A stretch of 64,000 nt of DNA from a virus: positions 21,738-85,737 of the IMG/VR virus record IMGVR_UViG_3300023192_002962; one strand, given 5' to 3'. Shown here piece by piece: positions 18,069 through 27,088 of the stretch; the stretch's first letter is position 1, and each line of letters starts with the position of its first letter. The translations under genes and the position numbers were made by a program. A model generated the notes under the pieces. The model saw only the letters and a list, made by a program, of their open reading frames with translations. It was not told the DNA's origin and made no database searches.

Positions 18069-21000
18069 AATAAATGATATAGAACAAGAACCAATATTTT
18101 CTCCTACCTATAAAGATCCGGAGAGAAGGGCATTAAGCTTAGGTATTCTTTTATCTCTTCCTACATTATTAGGAATAGTACAAAGTAGAGCTAAATTAAT
18201 AAAAGGTGGTGTCTTTCAGAGTATAGCGAAGGCCAAGAGTGTACTACTTAAACGGATTGAGGCACTAGCTAATACTCGGCAAGCCGCTCTTGGTGAAATT
18301 GGTTCCTCAATCTCAGAACAACTTAAGGCAAATACTGATTTAATAAATAATCTTATTAGTGATCATAGTGCTGCAGAATTACATTTTGGAATTGCGGGTG
18401 GTCGTCCTTATAAAGTTACTGGACCGGGTAGCTTGTTACAACAGGAGCTATTCACAGGATCAGCCACCTGGGACACTGCGCAGCATAATCTATTAATAAA
18501 ATCGAAGGACGTAGCTCATGCTAAGTATAAAACTGCGCTAAGTGATTGGTGGTTTGGTAATATGCAATTTACAGATAAAAGAGGAGCTTATGGGCAGGTC
18601 CGGGACAGTATCCTCTCTTTTCAGGGAAACTATCTGAAGCATACTCCTCGTAAATTGGAGGAGTATCTTGTAAATGTTCACGATGTTGTGCATAGAATAT
18701 TATTACCGAGATGGCAGAATGGGTATGCTCCAGGAACATCGTATGATATAAATTTAAAAGGCGCATTAATTGAAAAAGATATTCCTATACATAAAGATTT
18801 AGTACAGGCAGCTAATGACTTGGCTGAAGCCCGAAGAAAGCTTGCTGACTTTCATGGCAATTATCAATGGTCAGGAGAACAAGTACATAAAAGATTAATA
18901 GAACTTGCTGCACAAGAAACTAAATCCCAAATAGGTGAGGGTTCTGGTTTTGGACCTTGGAGTAAACCTTCGAGATTTTCTGCATTCGATAAGGGCGCAT
19001 TAAATCCTGAGTTTATGTCTATGTTAAAAAATGATGAGTCGTATCGTCTAAATTTTTATAAAAACTTAGAAGCTCTTTATAATAGAGTAAAAGGGAATAC
19101 AATAAATCTTCCTCCTTGGGCAACAGGGGTTTCTAGTGAAAATCCATTTATTTTAAGTGATACGATGACTGCGGAATCTACTGACTTTAGAAATAAGTTA
19201 TTCCCAGGTAGAGAAAATTATAGTTTTACAAATGCCTCGGTAACAGAATTAACAGAAAAATTAGAAAGCAGAAATACTGGTTTAACTAAAGAACAAATGA
19301 AACATGTTTTGAGTCCGGAGAGATGGGGAGCTTATCATGACTTTCATAAAAAATCATTCGAGAGCATTGATCCTGTTTTTGCTGAACAGGTCCATGGACA
19401 ACGAGGAAAAGCCCAACATCTAATAGCAGTAAGAGATTCTTTTCAAGCAGAAGTTAATAAGATAAAACGGAATGTAGTTGACCTGCTCAGTATGGAAAGA
19501 ACATCAGGGAATCCAGCATACACTGCCCATATAGAGGCTTTAGCAGAGGCAGCAGGTATGGAGAGAAATCAGTATATTACTTTTATAGAGGGGTTAAAAA
19601 TAAAAGCTGAAATTGGAGCTGATCTTAGCGGAAGAATGCCCTTTAAACATGCTAAGATTATAATCATCAGACCAGGACATACACCCATTCCATTAAACAT
19701 TCCATTATCAGAATATGGAGCTTTTTTACCAAAAGCAAATTCTAAAATAAACACTTCTCCTTTGTTTTTAGATGCATTTGTACAGCCTACCATACAAAAT
19801 CTTACATCTATAGATGTAGCTATGATGAAAAAAATGCAAGTTAATGTTTCACATTATTTCAGAGATCTAGTACAGTCAGGGTATCAAAGTTCTGAAAAGG
19901 TACAGGGTCTTCATAAAAGTTATTGGGGATCATTTACGTCACTAGTACATACTGAAGTTGCTGGAATTAATCAGAACTTTTTTAGACGACAGAAAGTAGT
20001 TTCTTCAACTCTGGATATCCTAAGAGGTGCAGTAAAAGAAAGTGGAGTAGGATCAAGAAGATGGTACGCTAAGTTTACTGCAGGCTGGGAAGCATTACAA
20101 GAGATACAAAATATAAGTAAGAGACAATCCACAATTTTAGGTTTAGATTTTGAATTCAATGCTTCTAAAACCTTAGGCTTTGATGCAATTCAAGGACTAG
20201 TGGCAAAGGAAACTACTCGTCCTTATCAGGCTGCTTATCAAATAACTAGAGGGTCTAAAAAACAATTATTTAATCATTGGATTAGACCAGATAACTGGGA
20301 TAATATACGGAATAATGTAAAACGATTTATGATTCAACAAGAAGGTATGGGGGGAATGATTGAGTATTCTAAATTAGAGGCTATAATGCAAGGAGCACAG
20401 GATCCTCTTTCTAAAGGAGAGGCAGTTGTAGATTTTAGTATTGGATTTGATGAGCAGGAGAAAAATTGGAGATTTTTTACCGATGAACAAAAAATAGATA
20501 AATCTATATTTAAAAAAGGATCTATTCAATCTGTTAGAGTTCATACGGAAGCCGGTTCTTTTGTTGAAATAGCTAGAGAAATATTTAGATCACCTGATGG
20601 AGGTATCAAGTTTTTAACTCATGGAGGAGAAGAGGCAGATCTTATCTTATGGAATAAAAGAATAACTGGTATATTAGAAGAAATTAAACGAGGAAGAGAC
20701 TTTGGCATAAGTGAGGGTGAGATAGGGTTGCTAAAAAGATTACATAAGGAAACCTCATTAACTAGTTTGTTAGCAAGAGGAGCATCTTTTGATACCCACT
20801 CAATGGCAATGGTTGTTTTAGCAGAGGAGGCAGGCAGCACTAAGTTTGGATTAACTGATATTTTTCATAAGCTTCTTACCTTATCTGTAGATACTAAATT
20901 AGTTACTAGAGATGACGTAAGTAATGCTTTGAAAGCAATTGGAGGAGAAATAAAAGAGGGAAAATTGACAAAAGCAGGTAAAGCTGCATTAAAGGAATTT

Positions 21001-24000
21001 CCATTAACCGTACGTAATTCAATAAAACAACATATTCAAGCAAGTCCTCATGTTGTAAAAGAGCTATTATCTATGGGATTAGCAGGGCATCATAATCCGG
21101 CCTTTGATAATATGATTACAGATTTCAATTCTCTACTGTCAGTACAGCATTATCAAAGAACAAAAATTTACAATCCAGAACTGTTTACTCGATGGGTACA
21201 AGCATATGAGGTTGCTAAACGAATAACAACCGGAAGATCGTTATCTTCGTTCCAGGCTATAGACGTAGTCAGACAACATGAAATGTTTGATCCTGATAGA
21301 ATAAAAAGAGAGGGTGAATTTAAATTATCTTTATTTGGTGGAACTCCTGCATCAGCCGCACAAGCTCATGGCTATTTAACTGGACCAGAAACCTATTTGC
21401 CTTTTGGAAGATTAGCTAATTTACAGAAGCAGACTCAACAAGTTATGAGTGGAAGATTACTTCCTACTTTAGATTATACGGCAAGTAAAGATGTTATGAT
21501 TGAAACAGCTAAACCTATTTTAGGCCATAGACTGTTAAGTACATCTCAACAATTTTATGCTGAGGAAGATGCAAGGCTGGGAGTGTCTGCTAATAGATTT
21601 GGACTACAAGTAGCGCCCTCAGACCGAGGTGCACCTGGTCTTACTACTAGACGTACTTTATCCGTACTCTATTTATTAGGAGATAATAGAATTGTAGGAG
21701 AGGACTCTGGGCTTTGGGCTAGCAAAGAAGCTATGAAAAATGCTATTAATTTTCCTAGAAGCGCTTTTGAGGCAGTAAAGGTAGATATTCCAACAGGATT
21801 GCTTAGTAGTACAAATTTAGATAAAATGAATATGTCTCTTTATGATTTTATGCAGTCAATAGGTATTAGCGAAAGAGTTATAGAAATAACAAAGCGTAAA
21901 ATAGGAGAAGATATGTCGCTTAGGGCCTTTATAGAGGCCCATAGTCAGCAAGGTGGAGTTGCAAAAGAGCTATATAGTTCTGAAGAAGCTATAATTAGGG
22001 AAGCTACTGAACATTTTAATAAAACAGGAAAGGACTACATAAGACCTGGAGATCATATAGCGATAGGAAAAGGTCCAGTAAATTTACAAGTAGAACAGAC
22101 CGGTCAAAGATTAACTACTATTACTAGAAGTCCTATTAGTAATCCATTTAATTCAGATGCTCTTATAAAATCTATCACTTATGATACTGAAAAAAATCAA
22201 TTTATATTTAATCTTCTAGGAATAAGTAGACCTAGTATTTCTAAGTGGACATTTCAATTAAAGACAGCAAAGCCAATGCTAGTTGGGGTTGCTAACAATA
22301 CTTTAGTAGGAAAAGGAATTGATTTAATAGTTGCAATGAAAAAACCGGATGCTGCTCAGACGTTAAACATTCAAATACGTAGAGTATTACAGCATATGTA
22401 CAGAGAACGACTACCAATAGAGGTACAAGTAAAGAGAATGAAAGAAGTTCTGATGAAATCATTTAATTTGGATTCTGCAGAGCTAGATGCTATGTTTACT
22501 ATTCGCAAAAGTCCTATTTTGGATGCTAGTCAACGAGAATTATATAAGAGTTCGTTTTTAGCTACTGTTGAATTGAAAGATCCAACTGTTGCAAAGTTAG
22601 ATAGTACTAATATTTATCCTAAAGTAGCTGCTCTATTAAAAGAGCAAGGTTTAACTATTAGAAGTATGCAAAAGATTTTTGTTGAGCAACATGCCGATGT
22701 CTTACAAGAAATATTCACTGATCTTAAACTTCCTGAAATTAAATCAGAACTTAGTAGTTTATATAGAAAAGCTATAAATTTACATAAAGAAAGCTTAAAT
22801 AAATGGATAAAATCTAATCAACATATGAATATTGCAGGTCACGAGGGGTTTCATAGATTTATAGCTGCATCAAAAATGAGAGAAATATTAGGGAAGGGCT
22901 TGGCTTTTCACGACATGGCACTACTACCAAACAGAAGTGCTATGTTAGATGTATTAAATAAAAATAAGCAGCTAGGGCAAAGGCAAATACTTAAAGATGT
23001 TTTTACAAAAATAACAGAGCATGAAGTTGTAAATGAAATGTTCTTTGCTAATGCAGCATTTTTAGTTGTTGATGAAGGAGTTTTACTGGAAGATTTATCT
23101 GATGTATCTAAATATAAAGGTACACTTAAGAATTTTTACGATACCCCTACGCAGAAATCAGGAAGTTTTTCTTTATGGGAGATGTTAGTACGGATGGAGG
23201 CAGTTAAGGGCTCTAAGTTTGCTAATAAGTATATGATTCCTGAAATGATATCCTCCATGGGTTGGTATAATACTAATATCAGTTCATCATTAAGTGTTCA
23301 TAGTAAGTTTCTAGATATGTTAAAGGAGGGGTACAATGCTCCTTCTACTATAACTAGTGATCAGATTTATACCCCAGGAATGGCGGCCTTAGGACACGAT
23401 ATATCTATTTATAGATCTTCTATGCTAGGTGTATCGGAATTAGATGAATTAGTTAAAGAAGGTCTTTTTATTAAAAAAGATATAGAAGTTTTATTAAGTG
23501 ATTCTAAACTAATGCTTATTTTGAAGCAACAGTTAGGTGAGGCTTTTGTGGATAGTCATGAGTTTCAGACAAGAAGAGAATCATATATATCAGCGTTACG
23601 AGATCGTATTCAACGAGGTACAGGAAAGGGTTTTCTTTCTGGGGAAAACTTAGGTAAGATGAATATATTTAAAACAGATAAAGGTGTCAATTATATTAAA
23701 TTTGGTCTTCCTGATATAATGGCTGCTATTGAAAAAAGTGAATCTATCAGCCCTGAATTAAAAACACGCTTAAGAAAAACAGATTTATTTAGAAATGAGA
23801 AAAGTGTATTCTTTTCAAAACTAAGAGTTGCTCTGGAAGGAGTAGAAAGTAATCAAATGGAACGCTCTATGTTAGCCAAAATAGATTGGCTTAATGTTGA
23901 CAAAGGATTTCCTAATACTGCATTAGAAGATACATTAGCGAAACTAGAAGTTGCACTATCTGATCATGATAATCCTAAGAAACTTAGAGATCTTTTAGTT

Positions 24001-26880
24001 AATTTAGGAGAGCTTAAGGCGAGCTCAGCTTCAAAGCTGAAGGACAAGAACCTATGGGAACTTGCTAATAACTATAAACAAAGAGTAGTTTCTGGCCGAG
24101 AAGGACGACTAGCAGAAGTAATGTTTCCTCATTTAAAACATGAGTTTCCATTACCAGTAGGAGATCAGTATCTAATTACAGATGAAAGTGCTGCAAAATT
24201 AAAAGTAGCTAGTGCTATAGAAAGTTATCAAACACAAATAGATAAAATTGTAAAAGATCTTGAGCAAGAAGGAAGATCTCTTAAATCCTATGAAATTAAT
24301 GATAGGCTTTCTGAAATACAATCTTCCCACGAAGCATTTATGAGGAAGTTAGCTACAGGCCATATTAGTGCATTGAAAGGATTATCAAGTGCATCCTGGA
24401 AAAGTCAAAGAGCTTATGCTCCAATTATGTATGCCAAAGCAGTGGATGTTGGTATTTTATTAGAGCAAGGACTAGGTGGACTATTAGCTGACATCAAAGA
24501 TAAAAACATAAAAGGAATGGATATAAACTTCTTTGATAAGAAGATTGCATCCCCTAGCAATCCTATAATGGAAGCTATTAGAAGTAATAAATTTAGAACA
24601 CTCATTAAAGAAGCTCTTCTTTATCAGGGTAGTGATCCAACAACCGGTGAAGCTATTCTCAGCCTGGTAGGGGAAGAAGAAGCTAGAAATATACAAAGAT
24701 TGTCTTCTGAAATATTCAAACACTCTAAGGACAGCGTTACCTGGGGTGAATATTTAGGAAATATTTTAGGAATAGAACATAAACTAGGACTGAGTAATAA
24801 ACTTTTGAATAATTTATCATTATATAAGGAGATAGGTACAACAGGTTATAAGCATTACTTTGCTAAAGGTTTTGGTATAGGCGAAGGCATTATGTCCCAT
24901 AGTATGTTTGCATCCTTTCTTGAAAAAGGAAATCCAGGAGCTTTATCCATGGTACGGAAACCAGACTTGTTTAGAAGTGTACTAGCGGGTAAGTCTCCTA
25001 TTAGAGAGATGTTTGCACGAGCTCCTTTATTTGAGAACTGGTTTGGTGCACGGTTACGTAATGTTTACTTAATGCCTGATAAAATTTTTGAGCAGATGCA
25101 CCTTGATCCTAGAGATACTAAACGAATGGTGGCTGTGAGTGCACTGGATATCTTTCTACACGGTGGTGACTTTGATGGGGACTTGGCTAATTTTATGATA
25201 AATAACTCTAGTATGTATCGTAGAGAGTATTTTGGAAAAGATGCAGCATGGACCGGAGAAGTTAATGATGTGCAAAGAGTTAAGCAATGGTTGAATTTTA
25301 GAGTGCAACAAGCCGGTAGGGGTGCTCTTACAATCCAGGGACAGGACTATATTGGAATAGAAGAAACAGCAGATGGAAGACTACTTGTTCGGCACGATTC
25401 TAAGGAAAAGTTTGATTTTACTAAAAAAATGGAATTTTTAACCGAACAGATGGATGATCCTATGAAAAACATGTCTCATGCTGAAAAAAATAGAGTGTAT
25501 ATGGTACAACAAGTACTAACACCTGTCTTTGGACAAAAAGCAAAAATGTTTCATCATTCTTTTCTTCCTACAGGTGGGATTGATCCTGCAATGAAAAACG
25601 AAGTAGTGCAACGTATACAGGAAACTATACGGAAACATTATAAAGATCCTAAAATTTTGCAGGATTTGTTAACTGAATTAGGACATTTACAAGATATAAA
25701 ACCGTTGTCTCATGCTGAGTTAAAACTACAAGCTTCAAGGTACTTGGATAGTATAACTAATGCATGGGAAAGACTCCAACGAGAATCAACAATACCTTTA
25801 TATGAACAAGTTATAACACAAGATGGAACTAAGCAAAACCCTAAAATTTCAACTACAGTAAGACCAGGTACTATGAAGAAATCACGATTTGCTATGTTCT
25901 TTGATTGGCACAATAAGGCCATGATCCACGGTGTCCCAATAGAGAAAGCGAAAGCAGGACAACTTAATGATTGGTATAATATGACTGTTCAGTTTTCAAA
26001 GTTAATGTCTGGAGACAATCTTAGAGATACTAAGAATATTCATAGGTATTTCTGGGACACAAGTCCATTTACAGAGCTTAATCTGAGCACATGGTTTGTT
26101 AATCCAGGAGCGGATCATGGTATTCCGGAACATAAAGTATTGGAGATACAAGGCTTAGCGTTTATGGAAACACAAGAGACGTTTGAAGATATAATGAGAC
26201 TTAAGCAAGCGGAGCGAGCTGTGTCTAAATCTTCTCTTCTCGGAGGACTTAAGTCCGCAGCATACTGGACGCTTTCAAAAAATCCTAGAAATGCAATATA
26301 TGGAGCTCAGGTTGATCTATTAAGTGAGCAGAAAAATTGGATACACAGCGGACTGACTTCTTTGCTTGGAGTTGAACGAGCTGGTATGATTACAGATGCA
26401 GAAAGTGCGGCGTTTTTTACTATGCGATCATTTGAAGAAAGAATGGCCGGAAATAGGGCCGGTACAGAATCAATGATTAATTGGTTAAAACAGTATATGT
26501 CAGAAGGAAAAATAAATAAATGGGGAAAGAGAGCATCCGTAGGAGTTCTGGCAGCGATCTTATTTGATCCAAATGCAAATTCTTTATTGCTTCCTGATTT
26601 AGAAGTTAATGGGGAAAAATATGACATACCTTCATTTAGGGAGCTAAGTAAATCTTACAGGAATAGACTCATGAAGATCAGAAGTACCTCCCCTCCTGTA
26701 ATAGATAAACTTCTTAGAACATTTGGTTTACCGAATAGTGTTGGTGCTCGAGCTGTGCACGGACCCCCTTTACCTCCTAGACCTAATAGGGTCTCGTACT
26801 CTTATAGAGAACGTAGAGATAAAATATTAGGTATTAAAGAATATGCCAGAAAAGTTAATGGTATAATGTTAGGACAATAA
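18061..26880 (+). CDS. Putative virion-associated single-chain two-barrel RNA polymerase (fused beta/beta'-like) with a DEDDh exonuclease domain, 2939 aa
   Basis: Ordered motifs: YLPF..ANLQKQ (1119-1124), GEDS (E1214/D1215), K1395/K1401/K1404 then GIDLIV, WEMLVRMEAVKG (~1707), FARAP (R2320), GGDFDGD (D2370/D2372/D2374). The gene lies in the tail module and overlaps the previous gene by 8 nt. Confidence 0.8.
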   Translation: MARINDIEQEPIFSPTYKDPERRALSLGILLSLPTLLGIVQSRAKLIKGGVFQSIAKAKSVLLKRIEALANTRQAALGEIGSSISEQLKANTDLINNLISDHSAAELHFGIAGGRPYKVTGPGSLLQQELFTGSATWDTAQHNLLIKSKDVAHAKYKTALSDWWFGNMQFTDKRGAYGQVRDSILSFQGNYLKHTPRKLEEYLVNVHDVVHRILLPRWQNGYAPGTSYDINLKGALIEKDIPIHKDLVQAANDLAEARRKLADFHGNYQWSGEQVHKRLIELAAQETKSQIGEGSGFGPWSKPSRFSAFDKGALNPEFMSMLKNDESYRLNFYKNLEALYNRVKGNTINLPPWATGVSSENPFILSDTMTAESTDFRNKLFPGRENYSFTNASVTELTEKLESRNTGLTKEQMKHVLSPERWGAYHDFHKKSFESIDPVFAEQVHGQRGKAQHLIAVRDSFQAEVNKIKRNVVDLLSMERTSGNPAYTAHIEALAEAAGMERNQYITFIEGLKIKAEIGADLSGRMPFKHAKIIIIRPGHTPIPLNIPLSEYGAFLPKANSKINTSPLFLDAFVQPTIQNLTSIDVAMMKKMQVNVSHYFRDLVQSGYQSSEKVQGLHKSYWGSFTSLVHTEVAGINQNFFRRQKVVSSTLDILRGAVKESGVGSRRWYAKFTAGWEALQEIQNISKRQSTILGLDFEFNASKTLGFDAIQGLVAKETTRPYQAAYQITRGSKKQLFNHWIRPDNWDNIRNNVKRFMIQQEGMGGMIEYSKLEAIMQGAQDPLSKGEAVVDFSIGFDEQEKNWRFFTDEQKIDKSIFKKGSIQSVRVHTEAGSFVEIAREIFRSPDGGIKFLTHGGEEADLILWNKRITGILEEIKRGRDFGISEGEIGLLKRLHKETSLTSLLARGASFDTHSMAMVVLAEEAGSTKFGLTDIFHKLLTLSVDTKLVTRDDVSNALKAIGGEIKEGKLTKAGKAALKEFPLTVRNSIKQHIQASPHVVKELLSMGLAGHHNPAFDNMITDFNSLLSVQHYQRTKIYNPELFTRWVQAYEVAKRITTGRSLSSFQAIDVVRQHEMFDPDRIKREGEFKLSLFGGTPASAAQAHGYLTGPETYLPFGRLANLQKQTQQVMSGRLLPTLDYTASKDVMIETAKPILGHRLLSTSQQFYAEEDARLGVSANRFGLQVAPSDRGAPGLTTRRTLSVLYLLGDNRIVGEDSGLWASKEAMKNAINFPRSAFEAVKVDIPTGLLSSTNLDKMNMSLYDFMQSIGISERVIEITKRKIGEDMSLRAFIEAHSQQGGVAKELYSSEEAIIREATEHFNKTGKDYIRPGDHIAIGKGPVNLQVEQTGQRLTTITRSPISNPFNSDALIKSITYDTEKNQFIFNLLGISRPSISKWTFQLKTAKPMLVGVANNTLVGKGIDLIVAMKKPDAAQTLNIQIRRVLQHMYRERLPIEVQVKRMKEVLMKSFNLDSAELDAMFTIRKSPILDASQRELYKSSFLATVELKDPTVAKLDSTNIYPKVAALLKEQGLTIRSMQKIFVEQHADVLQEIFTDLKLPEIKSELSSLYRKAINLHKESLNKWIKSNQHMNIAGHEGFHRFIAASKMREILGKGLAFHDMALLPNRSAMLDVLNKNKQLGQRQILKDVFTKITEHEVVNEMFFANAAFLVVDEGVLLEDLSDVSKYKGTLKNFYDTPTQKSGSFSLWEMLVRMEAVKGSKFANKYMIPEMISSMGWYNTNISSSLSVHSKFLDMLKEGYNAPSTITSDQIYTPGMAALGHDISIYRSSMLGVSELDELVKEGLFIKKDIEVLLSDSKLMLILKQQLGEAFVDSHEFQTRRESYISALRDRIQRGTGKGFLSGENLGKMNIFKTDKGVNYIKFGLPDIMAAIEKSESISPELKTRLRKTDLFRNEKSVFFSKLRVALEGVESNQMERSMLAKIDWLNVDKGFPNTALEDTLAKLEVALSDHDNPKKLRDLLVNLGELKASSASKLKDKNLWELANNYKQRVVSGREGRLAEVMFPHLKHEFPLPVGDQYLITDESAAKLKVASAIESYQTQIDKIVKDLEQEGRSLKSYEINDRLSEIQSSHEAFMRKLATGHISALKGLSSASWKSQRAYAPIMYAKAVDVGILLEQGLGGLLADIKDKNIKGMDINFFDKKIASPSNPIMEAIRSNKFRTLIKEALLYQGSDPTTGEAILSLVGEEEARNIQRLSSEIFKHSKDSVTWGEYLGNILGIEHKLGLSNKLLNNLSLYKEIGTTGYKHYFAKGFGIGEGIMSHSMFASFLEKGNPGALSMVRKPDLFRSVLAGKSPIREMFARAPLFENWFGARLRNVYLMPDKIFEQMHLDPRDTKRMVAVSALDIFLHGGDFDGDLANFMINNSSMYRREYFGKDAAWTGEVNDVQRVKQWLNFRVQQAGRGALTIQGQDYIGIEETADGRLLVRHDSKEKFDFTKKMEFLTEQMDDPMKNMSHAEKNRVYMVQQVLTPVFGQKAKMFHHSFLPTGGIDPAMKNEVVQRIQETIRKHYKDPKILQDLLTELGHLQDIKPLSHAELKLQASRYLDSITNAWERLQRESTIPLYEQVITQDGTKQNPKISTTVRPGTMKKSRFAMFFDWHNKAMIHGVPIEKAKAGQLNDWYNMTVQFSKLMSGDNLRDTKNIHRYFWDTSPFTELNLSTWFVNPGADHGIPEHKVLEIQGLAFMETQETFEDIMRLKQAERAVSKSSLLGGLKSAAYWTLSKNPRNAIYGAQVDLLSEQKNWIHSGLTSLLGVERAGMITDAESAAFFTMRSFEERMAGNRAGTESMINWLKQYMSEGKINKWGKRASVGVLAAILFDPNANSLLLPDLEVNGEKYDIPSFRELSKSYRNRLMKIRSTSPPVIDKLLRTFGLPNSVGARAVHGPPLPPRPNRVSYSYRERRDKILGIKEYARKVNGIMLGQ
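20130..21130 (+). other. DEDDh (DnaQ-like) 3'-5' exonuclease domain with insertions
   Basis: ExoI ILGLDFE (D696, E698), ExoII FLTHGGEEAD (D860), FDTHSMA..FGLTDIF, ExoIII HNPAFD (H1011-x4-D1016). Confidence 0.7.
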
Positions 26881-26881
26881 T

Positions 26882-27088
26882 ATGAGACGAGTAGTTGAAA
26901 TAACTCTGCCTACTATTCCCTACGATAAGGATATTTCTGATATAGTAGGTTATCTCCGAATGGTGCTGTCTGAATTAACAAAAACATCTGTAGAAATCCA
27001 AATAAATGATATAGATTTTACAAACAAAATTGGTGTTTTTAATAATAATCGACGTCGTTCATTCCCTAATAGACAAAATAATATATAA
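26882..27088 (+). CDS. Small hypothetical protein
   Basis: 68 aa filling the gap between two giant genes and coupled to the next by TAATG. Its DIS...L..VL-x9-IQIN pattern resembles the C-terminus of the 2622-aa protein. Confidence 0.6.
   Translation: MRRVVEITLPTIPYDKDISDIVGYLRMVLSELTKTSVEIQINDIDFTNKIGVFNNNRRRSFPNRQNNI

Noticed and set aside
18061-26880. T7/N4-type single-subunit (Pol A fold) virion RNA polymerase
   Set aside because: The motifs are two-barrel type (DFDGD, RAP, EDS); I did not recognise the T7-type motif A/B/C set.
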